Assembly (NCBI GenBank): GCA_016190205.1
Contig: JACPQZ010000013.1
Span: forward strand, 1-61,458
Origin: Candidatus Omnitrophota bacterium
Lineage (GTDB): Bacteria > Omnitrophota > JACPQZ01
DNA length: 61,458 bases
Direction of reading: 5' to 3'
A program made the translations under genes and the position numbers. The notes under the pieces are model-generated. The model ran no database searches. It was not told the origin of the DNA and saw only the letters and a list, made by a program, of their open reading frames with translations. Shown one piece after another: positions 28,850-36,480 of this stretch (positions are counted from its first letter, which is position 1; each line of letters starts with the position of its first letter).

Positions 28850-28922
28850 AGCCCGCGAGTGGGATCGAACCACCGACCTGAGCTTTACGAAAGCCCTGCT
28901 CTACCAGCTGAGCTACGCGGGC
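28850..28922 (-). tRNA. tRNA-Thr(CGT)
   Basis: GCCCGCG acceptor stem, TAGCTCAGCTGGTAGAGCA D-arm, anticodon loop TTCGTAA, GGTTCGATCC T-arm; CCA not encoded. Confidence 0.95.
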
Positions 28923-28931
28923 GTTAAAAAC

Positions 28932-28954
28932 CGTACTTCGAACTTCGTACTTCG
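28932..28954. repeat. Heptamer array (CGTACTT/CGAACTT)
   Basis: cgtactt cgaactt cgtactt cg; exact 16-bp inverted copy at 33825-33840. Confidence 0.8.
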
Positions 28955-28967
28955 GGCAATCTTCTGG

Positions 28968-29459
28968 TTATAGCTTCTTCGCGATCGCGGTGTAAACCTC
29001 CTCGGCGAGCTTCTCCCGCGGCAGAAGGTTCTTGCGTGCCGTAACACGCATCTTGGTGGATGCCTCGGTGATCTTGACGAGCTCAACGGTCACGTCCGTG
29101 TCAGCAACCTTTCCTTTTAGGACGCCTCCCGCCTCATCATCGGAGGTGAGCGTCCCCTTTTCCTCAAGCACCGCCTTGGCCGCCTTCCAAATGCGGTCAT
29201 ACTTGGCGTCCGAAAAACCCTCCGCGCTCCCCTGGACCATGGCGTAGGTCCCGGCCGCGGCCCCGGCGCCCACGAGGGCGAGGGCGCAACCTGATGTGGT
29301 CAACGCAATACAGGACAGAAGGATCAAAACGAGCTCTAAGCTGCCGCCTCGCGTGCAGCACCTTGCGGCTTGAGGAAGTTGACTATGGACAGTGGACAGC
29401 GGACCCACGACGGACGACGGACGACGGACGACGGACGGGACAATTCTATTTGCTATCAT
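28968..29459 (-). CDS. DUF3568-like lipoprotein
   Basis: TSGCALALVGAGAAAGTY lipobox region and VTVELVKITEASTKMRVTARK; start uncertain because a heptamer array lies in the 5' part. Confidence 0.7.
   Translation of the reverse strand: MIANRIVPSVVRRPSSVVGPLSTVHSQLPQAARCCTRGGSLELVLILLSCIALTTSGCALALVGAGAAAGTYAMVQGSAEGFSDAKYDRIWKAAKAVLEEKGTLTSDDEAGGVLKGKVADTDVTVELVKITEASTKMRVTARKNLLPREKLAEEVYTAIAKKL
29381..29437. repeat. Heptamer array (GACGGAC/GACAGTG)
   Basis: gactatg gacagtg gacagcg gacccac gacggac gacggac gacggac gacggga. Confidence 0.88.
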
Positions 29460-30168
29460 TTCTCGCTCCTTTACTTTGATAAAGCAACTTGAGTGTCGAG
29501 ACCAATTCCCTTAACGGGATCTGGCCGTCAAAGGGGATGAGACCTGTGTACGCGATGAGAGATCCGGCGGTCGGGAACAAAACCCGCGAAAGGGTCCCGC
29601 GTGGCCCCAGTGAAATGGTGATGATGTTTTTCCTGCGGTGCCTCCTGGTAAATTCATACATCCTCAACACATCATCCCCCTTTTTTGCCAAGACCGCGAT
29701 CTTGGTGATCTGGGCGCCCAGTATCCGGGCCCGCCGCAGCCGTTCGGTCAGGAACTGGTCGGGAGGCGTGTGCCCGAAATGGTGATACGAAAGGATGAGC
29801 GGTTTGCGCGCCTTTTTAAGCAAAGGCCCCAGGGCGCGCACGAGGGCCGCCGAGGCAAGCTCTACATCTACCGCGTCTACCCAGGGGAGGACTGCCTGAT
29901 AGAGCTTAAGCCGCTCAGCGGGTGAAAGGTCGGCCAGCCCCCCTTCGGAGGAACTGCGCACTGTCGCGATGATAGGAAGCCCGTGCTTCTTGAGACCCTT
30001 AATTTCCCCCAGCACAGAAAGGAGGTCCAGATGTGCAAAGCGGTCGATGCGGGCCTCCAGGATGTGGACTCCCTGATCCCGGGCATTTCGCAGGAGGGCC
30101 GTGTCCCGGTCGACCACCAGCGCGACACAGGGCCCGCACCCCAGCCGCGCTCCGCCAATCTGAAGCAT
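29446..30168 (-). CDS. aroD: Type I 3-dehydroquinate dehydratase
   Basis: ILEARID, IATVRSSSEGG, DVEL, ILSYHHF, TKIA, PFDGQI; start reset to ATG 30168 with GGAG RBS. Confidence 0.9.
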   Translation of the reverse strand: MLQIGGARLGCGPCVALVVDRDTALLRNARDQGVHILEARIDRFAHLDLLSVLGEIKGLKKHGLPIIATVRSSSEGGLADLSPAERLKLYQAVLPWVDAVDVELASAALVRALGPLLKKARKPLILSYHHFGHTPPDQFLTERLRRARILGAQITKIAVLAKKGDDVLRMYEFTRRHRRKNIITISLGPRGTLSRVLFPTAGSLIAYTGLIPFDGQIPLRELVSTLKLLYQSKGARNDSK

Positions 30169-30223
30169 ATCGACTACTCCGCTTTTGTTTGCTACAATAA
30201 AGACCAATCAAAGAGAGGAAAAC

Positions 30224-30610
30224 ATGCCACGAACAAACGTTCTCCGGAATGCGGATCTATTTCTCTGTCTGGCTGTGATCCTTGCCGCAGGGCTTGTTCT
30301 CGAATCACCTGCGGCATCCGAAACGGAAAAAGAGACCAATACGAGCGTACTCAAAGAAGTGGGGGGGGTGCAATTTCTGGTGGAGCCTGACCGCGAGATT
30401 GAAAAAGACCCTATTACCGGCGTGCTCATGCCGGAACCCCTCGACCGCTATGTAGCTCGTAAGTACAGCACCTTGAAGGAAGACACCGAGACCAGGATCA
30501 AGGACCTGGAATCCAAGATCGCGGACCTGGAAAAAAAGATCACTTCTCTGGAAGACGTGCTGCGCCGCCCTTTGATCCCGCAAGCTGTCCAGGAAGATTC
30601 CACCTATTGA
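30224..30610 (+). CDS. Small secreted coiled-coil hypothetical protein
   Basis: AGAGGA RBS, signal peptide, C-terminal heptad coil RIKDLESKIADLEKKITSLE. Confidence 0.7.
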   Translation: MPRTNVLRNADLFLCLAVILAAGLVLESPAASETEKETNTSVLKEVGGVQFLVEPDREIEKDPITGVLMPEPLDRYVARKYSTLKEDTETRIKDLESKIADLEKKITSLEDVLRRPLIPQAVQEDSTY

Positions 30611-31185
30611 CTCCCGTCCTTCGGTGCGTGACCAAAATCGCGCGCCGTAAATAGCGCGACGAGCTCGCACCCTTCCTGGGCAAGCCTCTTGGCCGCCCCC
30701 TCCATCCGGTCCACCACAGCCAGCACCTTACTGACCACACAGCCTGCCTCGCGCACCGCTTCAATCGCCATGAGGGAGGAGGTCCCCCGGGTGACCACGT
30801 CATCGATAATAATGACCTTATCGCCGCCCGCGAGCGGTGTGCCATGAATACGGTCCGTCACGCCGTGATCCTTGGCCTGGGACCGCACCATAAACGTGCC
30901 GACCGGCTCATACGGCGGCCCTGCCGCGCTCAAGGCGGCCATGGCCCCCGCGATGGGGTCCGCCCCGACCGAGGGCCCCCCCACAGCCGCCACGTCTTCA
31001 TCCCGGATCATGTCTAAAAAAAGACGTGCAATGAGATAGGCCCCCCTGGGGTGAAACGTCACCCGCTTGGCGTCCAGGTAATAATCGCTTGAGCCCCCGG
31101 ACGCAAGCCGGAAATGCCCGCGCCGGTATGCCTTTTCTTTAAGGAGCGCGAGGAGCTCCTGCCTCATGCCGGCGCCTTCTGACAT
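30604..31185 (-). CDS. pyrE: Orotate phosphoribosyltransferase
   Basis: LASGGSSDYYLD, RSQAKDHG, PRPP motif IIIDDVVTRGTS. Confidence 0.93.
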   Translation of the reverse strand: MSEGAGMRQELLALLKEKAYRRGHFRLASGGSSDYYLDAKRVTFHPRGAYLIARLFLDMIRDEDVAAVGGPSVGADPIAGAMAALSAAGPPYEPVGTFMVRSQAKDHGVTDRIHGTPLAGGDKVIIIDDVVTRGTSSLMAIEAVREAGCVVSKVLAVVDRMEGAAKRLAQEGCELVALFTARDFGHAPKDGSQ

Positions 31186-32321
31186 GCCCCCTCCAACACG
31201 CTGTGGTACACCTCCTCGACTTCATCCGTCATATGATCGACCGAAAATTTCTCCTCAACGATCTTTCTCCCCATCTCTCCCATTTTGCGCGCGAGCGAGC
31301 GATCCCGGCTTAGGAGCTCCATATAGCGGCTGATCTCTCCCACATCCTGCACCGGCGTAAGAAATCCGGAGATCCGGTCTTCCACTATGGTATCGATGGC
31401 CCCGATCCTGGAAGCGATCACGGGTAGTCCCACCGCCATGGCCTCCAGCACAGAGAGCCCAAAGCCTTCCTGCCAGATGACGGGAAATACAAAGACATCG
31501 ATCACGGAAAGCGGCTCTGTGGGATCCCGTACGGCAGGAACAAAACAGACCTTGCGATCCAGCCCGAGTCCGTGGGCTACCCGCACGACCCGGTCCTTGT
31601 AATCCCCGTCCCCGACGATGAGACCCTGCACCCGCCGATCCGGATATTTTTCTTTTAGCGCCGCGAGCGAGCGCAAAAAGAATTCATGGCCTTTCACCTG
31701 GGCGACACGCGCCACGATTCCAAACACAATCGAATCCGAGGCCAGGCCGTAGGACCGGCGGATACGCATTTTTTCCTCGGGGCTCGCTACCTTTAAGAAG
31801 CGCCCGACATTGAGGCCGTTGCGCACCAAGACCACACGGCTTTCGGGCACGCAAAAATCATCTATGAGATGCCGCCGCACGATATCGCTGATGGCAATAC
31901 TCTTGACGCCCCAGCAGGGAAAGAGCCTGCGGCCCAGGCGCCTTTTGTAGAGACCGTGGCACGTCGCGATGTTGGGAATGTCCGCCGCCCGAAACACGCA
32001 TTCGGCCGCCACTTGAGTGACCCGCGTGTGTGCGTGGACCACCTGAATCTCATGCGCACGGATCCAGCGGATGAGCGCCGGGATGGCCTTCCAGAGCCGG
32101 GGGCTAAGCTCACTCTTGGTGCGGATACCGAGCGGCAAGACCTGGGCCCCCGCCTCGGCGATCTGGGGGGAAAGTTCTCCCCCCGACGAGCCGACGGTTA
32201 CCTGGTGACCGCGTTTGACCAATCCTGAAACGAGATCCGCGAGGTGACTCGTGATCCCGCCAATATTGAGGTGGGTGGTGAGTATCAGGATCCTAATTTT
32301 TGATATCCCTGCCAAGCACAC
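31164..32321 (-). CDS. GT4 family glycosyltransferase
   Basis: NIGGITSH, VHAHT, VKGH, EGFGLSVLEAMAVGLPVIAS. Confidence 0.92.
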   Translation of the reverse strand: MCLAGISKIRILILTTHLNIGGITSHLADLVSGLVKRGHQVTVGSSGGELSPQIAEAGAQVLPLGIRTKSELSPRLWKAIPALIRWIRAHEIQVVHAHTRVTQVAAECVFRAADIPNIATCHGLYKRRLGRRLFPCWGVKSIAISDIVRRHLIDDFCVPESRVVLVRNGLNVGRFLKVASPEEKMRIRRSYGLASDSIVFGIVARVAQVKGHEFFLRSLAALKEKYPDRRVQGLIVGDGDYKDRVVRVAHGLGLDRKVCFVPAVRDPTEPLSVIDVFVFPVIWQEGFGLSVLEAMAVGLPVIASRIGAIDTIVEDRISGFLTPVQDVGEISRYMELLSRDRSLARKMGEMGRKIVEEKFSVDHMTDEVEEVYHSVLEGACQKAPA

Positions 32322-32712
32322 GATTGATGGCGCTTACAAGGGACTCAAGCTCATCATGCTTGCGGACGCGCAGCGCATGGTACTCTTTGCCTTCTGCCAT
32401 TCGAATAAGCTCCCGCTCCAGACGGAGTATGGGCCCCGCAATGCGGTTGGACACGAGGAGTGACGCCCACAGGATCAATATGCATACGAGAGGGAGCAGA
32501 AAAAAAAGGGTAAGGCCCGCGCGGGCAAGAGCGGGCTTAAGGACCTGCGCAATCCCCTCGGGGACGACCATCTCCGCTGCCGCCGCCTCCCAGAAAACCA
32601 TGAGGATGGCGCCCGACACGACCAGGAGGGGGACAACCATACCCAATGCGATGAACAAAAGGTACTTAAATTGTATGCCGAAATGAGCCAGATGCCTCCT
32701 GCGATACTTCAT
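32293..32712 (-). CDS. Two-TM membrane protein with a single HAMP domain
   Basis: Two hydrophobic segments then IAGPILRLEREL...RKHDELESLVSAIN; no output domain. Confidence 0.75.
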   Translation of the reverse strand: MKYRRRHLAHFGIQFKYLLFIALGMVVPLLVVSGAILMVFWEAAAAEMVVPEGIAQVLKPALARAGLTLFFLLPLVCILILWASLLVSNRIAGPILRLERELIRMAEGKEYHALRVRKHDELESLVSAINRVLGRDIKN

Positions 32713-33680
32713 ACCCCCTCCTTGCCCCGGTTGAACCAGAGCGAGACAGCACCCCAGTCTCCCACCTGCTCTCCCAATGACGAACGGATGACGCGTACGG
32801 AGCGGTAGCTTTCAGGCCACGTGGCCCTGCGCAGGGCACGGCGCACAGGCCCCAAAAGAAACTCCCCCGCCTTTGAGACACCGCCGCCCAGGGCGATGAC
32901 GGAGGGATTCACAACCTGAACCACCTGCGCCAGCGCAAGCCCCAGCCACTCGGCCGCCTGAAGCCAGATCTTAAGCGCTGTCGGATCACCCCCCCGGGCA
33001 GCGCGCTCTACGAGAATAGCGTTGAGGCGCCGGGGTTCGCCCCCGCACAGTTTACGCAGCACACGAGAAGCCCGAGCGCGCACAGCCGCGCGGGCCTCTG
33101 TGGCCAGGGCCGTCCCGCTGGCCAGGGCTTCCAGACATCCCCGTTTCCCGCACAGGCACTTGGGACCGCCGGGACTCAAAACCACATGCCCAATCTCGCC
33201 CGCGCCGAAACTCGCCCCGCGCCAGACGCGGCCGTCCAGCACGAGACCCCCGCCGATGCCGGTGCTCACCGTGACATAAAAGAGGGAGCGCGCTCCCCGG
33301 CCTCCGCCCTTCGTAAACTCCGCGAGCGCCGCGCAGTTTGCGTCATTATCCATCCGGACATCCAATTTCATCCGGCCCTGGACGACTCTTAAAATATTCA
33401 AGCCGGCAAGCTGTGGAAGGTTCGGGGCCCGGTAGATTACCCCTAAGTCAGGATTCACCGTTCCGGGACAGGAGATCCCGATTCCGCGCACGCGCGAGAG
33501 GGAGACCCGCGCACCCTGAAGCAGTGCCCTGGAATGGGACTCGATCTGATCGAAGATGGACGATCTTGAGATCCGGCGGCCAGACGCAAACACGCGCCTT
33601 GCCCATATCCGCCGCTCCGTCGCGAGCACCACAGAAATCTTGGTGCCACCCAGGTCCCACCCTAAGATGTAAGGTTTCAT
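32709..33680 (-). CDS. ROK-family sugar kinase (glucokinase-like)
   Basis: DLGGTKI, NDANCAALAE, STGIGGG, GEIGH, CLCGKRGCLE. Confidence 0.92.
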   Translation of the reverse strand: MKPYILGWDLGGTKISVVLATERRIWARRVFASGRRISRSSIFDQIESHSRALLQGARVSLSRVRGIGISCPGTVNPDLGVIYRAPNLPQLAGLNILRVVQGRMKLDVRMDNDANCAALAEFTKGGGRGARSLFYVTVSTGIGGGLVLDGRVWRGASFGAGEIGHVVLSPGGPKCLCGKRGCLEALASGTALATEARAAVRARASRVLRKLCGGEPRRLNAILVERAARGGDPTALKIWLQAAEWLGLALAQVVQVVNPSVIALGGGVSKAGEFLLGPVRRALRRATWPESYRSVRVIRSSLGEQVGDWGAVSLWFNRGKEGV

Positions 33681-33689
33681 AGCGTGTCT

Positions 33690-33940
33690 CGTACTGCGTA
33701 CAGCGTACAGCGTGATTCGTTCGTCGTACTTCGTATTTCATACTCCGTCACGTTAGCTTGCTGAGCTGAGCCGGAATCAACTTAAAGCCCTGCAATTTTT
33801 CAACAAGCGCGGATCCCCAAACCACGAAGTTCGAAGTACGAAACCTTATGCCATCGCCGTCGCAGCTGTTACCCATTTCACGCTATACGCCAAACGTTGC
33901 ACGCCCAATATTGTACGCACGACGCACAACGCAGTACGAA
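33690..33940. repeat. Three heptamer arrays separated by unique spacers, downstream of tRNA-Phe
   Basis: 33690-33745 (cgtactg cgtacag cgtacag cgtgatt...), 33825-33845 (cgaagtt cgaagta), 33881-33940 (cgctata cgccaaa cgttgca...cgcagta). Confidence 0.85.
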
Positions 33941-33963
33941 CCGAGCAACTCATCGGTGAAAAA

Positions 33964-34036
33964 TGCCGAGGCCCAGAATCGAACTGGGGACGCACGGCTT
34001 TTCAGGCCGTCGCTCTACCGACTGAGCTACCTCGGC
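33964..34036 (-). tRNA. tRNA-Phe(GAA)
   Basis: GCCGAGG acceptor stem, TAGCTCAGTCGGTAGAGC, anticodon loop CTGAAAA, AGTTCGATTCT; CCA not encoded. Confidence 0.95.
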
Positions 34037-34048
34037 GTAAGAATCCGG

Positions 34049-34468
34049 CTATTTATCCAGGACGTCAATCCAGCCGGCGACCCAGCCCCCCTCCCCGGAA
34101 AAATAGGCCGCCTCCGCGCGGTCACCCACGGCAAGCGCCGAGACGTCCTCGGCGTACCCGCCCGCCTTCCAGATGATCGTTGCGTAGGGGTCAACGCCCA
34201 GCTCAAGCACCTGGCCTTGTTCGTCCCTGATCTGAACCCTGGAATCCTCAAGGCTTATGGCCACGATCTCGCCCAGGACCGCCTTCTCCTCGTCGTGCTC
34301 CCCCCAGGCAGGAAGGTTCTCCTGAAAGGGTCCTCCCACGGCAGGATGGACACCCAGGAGAATTAAAAGGAGTAGGACCTCAGCGCTCAACCGGGCCCCG
34401 GCCCGCTCTGTAAACTTGCTGCCGGGGCGGGCCGGGGGAACAGGGGAAAATGACGGGTGGTCTTGCAT
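34049..34468 (-). CDS. Small secreted protein, OB-fold/DUF5666-like
   Basis: Hydrophobic signal then VLGEIVAIS...VSALAVGDRAEAAY; real start probably downstream of 34468. Confidence 0.55.
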   Translation of the reverse strand: MQDHPSFSPVPPARPGSKFTERAGARLSAEVLLLLILLGVHPAVGGPFQENLPAWGEHDEEKAVLGEIVAISLEDSRVQIRDEQGQVLELGVDPYATIIWKAGGYAEDVSALAVGDRAEAAYFSGEGGWVAGWIDVLDK

Positions 34469-34516
34469 CTTATGGTTGCGCGTATTTTACCATATTCCCT
34501 ATCTGCCTAAAAGGTA

Positions 34517-34545
34517 TTGTCATACGTGCAAAAAAGCACTATACT
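34517..34545 (+). promoter_or_regulatory. sigma70 promoter with a palindromic spacer
   Basis: TTGTCA-17 nt-TATACT; spacer contains GTGC-N6-GCAC. Confidence 0.65.
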
Positions 34546-34577
34546 ATGCTCGGCCAGAATTACAGGAGGTAGACTAC

Positions 34578-34913
34578 ATGATGAAGCGAATTGCTGTTCT
34601 GGTTTTTGCCGCGTCACTGATCCTCGCCCCAGTGGCCGCGTTTGCAGGAAGTCCTTGGACCGAAGAGGAGGGTTATCCATCGCGGGCGGCCGGAAAATTC
34701 GGCTTTGGTCTTAAGAACGTCCTTTTGGGTTGGACCGAGATTTTTACCCAGCCATATGATGACGCCAAGGCGGGTGAAAACCCAATCACGAGTTTCGGCA
34801 AGGGTATATTCAACATGATCGGCCAAACCGTTGGCGGCGCCTTGCATTTAGCCACGTTTCCTATAACGGCAGTCGACATTCCGCTGCCGGAAAACGGGAA
34901 TCAACTGCTTTAA
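34578..34913 (+). CDS. Secreted protein resembling the TIGR04073 (exosortase-system-associated) family
   Basis: AGGAGG RBS; signal peptide; GKFGFGLKNVLLGWTEI and GGALHLATFPI pattern. Confidence 0.7.
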   Translation: MMKRIAVLVFAASLILAPVAAFAGSPWTEEEGYPSRAAGKFGFGLKNVLLGWTEIFTQPYDDAKAGENPITSFGKGIFNMIGQTVGGALHLATFPITAVDIPLPENGNQLL

Positions 34914-34927
34914 GCGCACCGAAAAGT

Positions 34928-36289
34928 CTAAAAAGGCCCCGGTCGGTCCGGGGCCTTTTTTTTGAACGCAGCCTCAAGGACGTTCAACAAAACCGGATCC
35001 CCGGCCACGCACTGCGCCAAGGCCCGGTGGCCTGCAGGATTTAGGTGCCCGTCCCAGGCGTAGAAAAGGGCCTCCGTCTGCCCTGCACGGCGCATCCCCT
35101 CGAAGGAATTGATGAGCGGGATGCCCGACCGTCTTGAAAAGTCCTCGAATAATTCCAAGGCCCCCCGAGCCTCGTACACCTTCCCCTTTTCAAATCCGAA
35201 AGACGTCCTGCCCTCCGACCACTCGTCAGGCCCCACGTTAACGCCGTAGGGGTAGATCCCGATCAACAAGGGAATGCCATGCTCATGCAACAGGTCCCGG
35301 ATCATCAGAATATATTTCTCGCTGACCGCCCAGTACGCCTTAAGAGATTCTGCCGTCCCGCCGTCGCGCAGGAGGAGCAGACGGTCGTTGTCCAGCACGG
35401 CATGGACGGCCTCGCGGCCCTCCTCGCGGGCCTTGAGCCGGGCGATCGCCACCTTGGCCGTCTCACCGGCGAGTTTCGCCCGGAGGTACCCCGCAAGCCC
35501 CAGGATGCGTATTTTCTGAAAGGTGCGGACCCCTTTGGTGTGGATATATTTGGCCAATGCAGACCGGTTCTGGATCCACTCCCAGCGGCTGAAACGCCCG
35601 TACGTGTACTGCGGGTCGCACCTTAAAATCCGGCCGTCCTCATCGAAGATCAGATTCTTTTGATACCAGTAATCGTCCCTTAAATCTCCCCAGTCATACC
35701 ATAAAATAACCGCGTCGGGGTGAAACTCGAGGAAATCGTCCCTCAAAGAAATATAATGAAGGGTGGGAGAATAGCTGGAGACGCCCGCATTGACCACCTC
35801 GACCGGAAACCCCCGCTCGTTGAGATGCTCGCCCGTGAGATACGCAAAGGTCTCTTCGTCCCGCACCGGAAAGCCGAACGTGAACGAATCGCCCAGCATG
35901 AGGACGCGCACCGTATCGCGGGACACAATCGCGGAGGGCTCCTTCCCCCTCAGACCAAAACGGTTGGTGGTGATGTGCACGTCGAACTCTTTCGAGGTGT
36001 AATGATACGTCGTGGAGGGTTTCAACCTATGATGATAGTGGGGGTCTTCGATACCGGCGCTCACTGTCCAGCGCTTGACCCAGAATACCCGGAATCCGGC
36101 CTCCGCAATGAGGAGGGATACGAGGACGGAAAGTGCCGCGAGCACCAGACGCAAAAGCCGTCGCTCGGGTCTCGGGCCTTGGGTCCCGGGGCTTGGGTCC
36201 CGGGGCTTGGGTCTTGGGGTTCGGCTTTCGATACCCGATACCCTATACCCGATACCCGGACTACGCACCACGCTGTACGCTGTACGCAC
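34928..36289 (-). CDS. Membrane-anchored SGNH/GDSL hydrolase (SxtL-like)
   Basis: TM anchor, TNRFGLRG, block I LGDSFTFG, NAGVSSY, C-terminal DGHLNPAGH; start uncertain (GTG 36289 reads through a heptamer array). Confidence 0.82.
   Translation of the reverse strand: MRTAYSVVRSPGIGYRVSGIESRTPRPKPRDPSPGTQGPRPERRLLRLVLAALSVLVSLLIAEAGFRVFWVKRWTVSAGIEDPHYHHRLKPSTTYHYTSKEFDVHITTNRFGLRGKEPSAIVSRDTVRVLMLGDSFTFGFPVRDEETFAYLTGEHLNERGFPVEVVNAGVSSYSPTLHYISLRDDFLEFHPDAVILWYDWGDLRDDYWYQKNLIFDEDGRILRCDPQYTYGRFSRWEWIQNRSALAKYIHTKGVRTFQKIRILGLAGYLRAKLAGETAKVAIARLKAREEGREAVHAVLDNDRLLLLRDGGTAESLKAYWAVSEKYILMIRDLLHEHGIPLLIGIYPYGVNVGPDEWSEGRTSFGFEKGKVYEARGALELFEDFSRRSGIPLINSFEGMRRAGQTEALFYAWDGHLNPAGHRALAQCVAGDPVLLNVLEAAFKKKAPDRPGPF
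34930..34963. terminator. Bidirectional intrinsic terminator
   Basis: aaaaaggccccgg-tcggt-ccggggccttttttt between convergent genes. Confidence 0.85.
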
Positions 36290-36293
36290 GACG
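36167..36293. repeat. Long compound heptamer array
   Basis: gggtctc gggcctt gggtccc ggggctt gggtccc ggggctt... cgatacc cgatacc ctatacc cgatacc cggacta cgcacca cgctgta cgctgta cgcacga. Confidence 0.9.
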
Positions 36294-36300
36294 GAACCTT

Positions 36301-36480
36301 TTAAAAAAGCGTGTAAATGAACGGGGCGAGCGGAGAGGTCTGGGCGAAGATGAGGATGAGACCGAATAAAAGGAGCACAGCCACCATGGGGATTAGCCAC
36401 CAGAGGCGCTGCCTCCATAGAAAATAAAAGAGCTCACCCACGACCGAGAAACGATTCGAGAGGCGCCTCGCCCACTTCAT
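36301..36480 (-). CDS. DUF5989 / SxtK-like small membrane protein
   Basis: ELFYFLWRQRLWWLIPM...LAPFIYTLF signature; ATGA overlap with the carbamoyltransferase. Confidence 0.88.
   Translation of the reverse strand: MKWARRLSNRFSVVGELFYFLWRQRLWWLIPMVAVLLLFGLILIFAQTSPLAPFIYTLF

Noticed and set aside
33448-33741. ORF MKYEVRRTNHAVRCTQY...
   Set aside because: Begins in a heptamer array and overlaps the ROK gene in another frame
28850-34036. Prophage or genomic island between the two tRNAs
   Set aside because: Interval holds housekeeping genes (aroD, pyrE, ROK kinase) and no integrase
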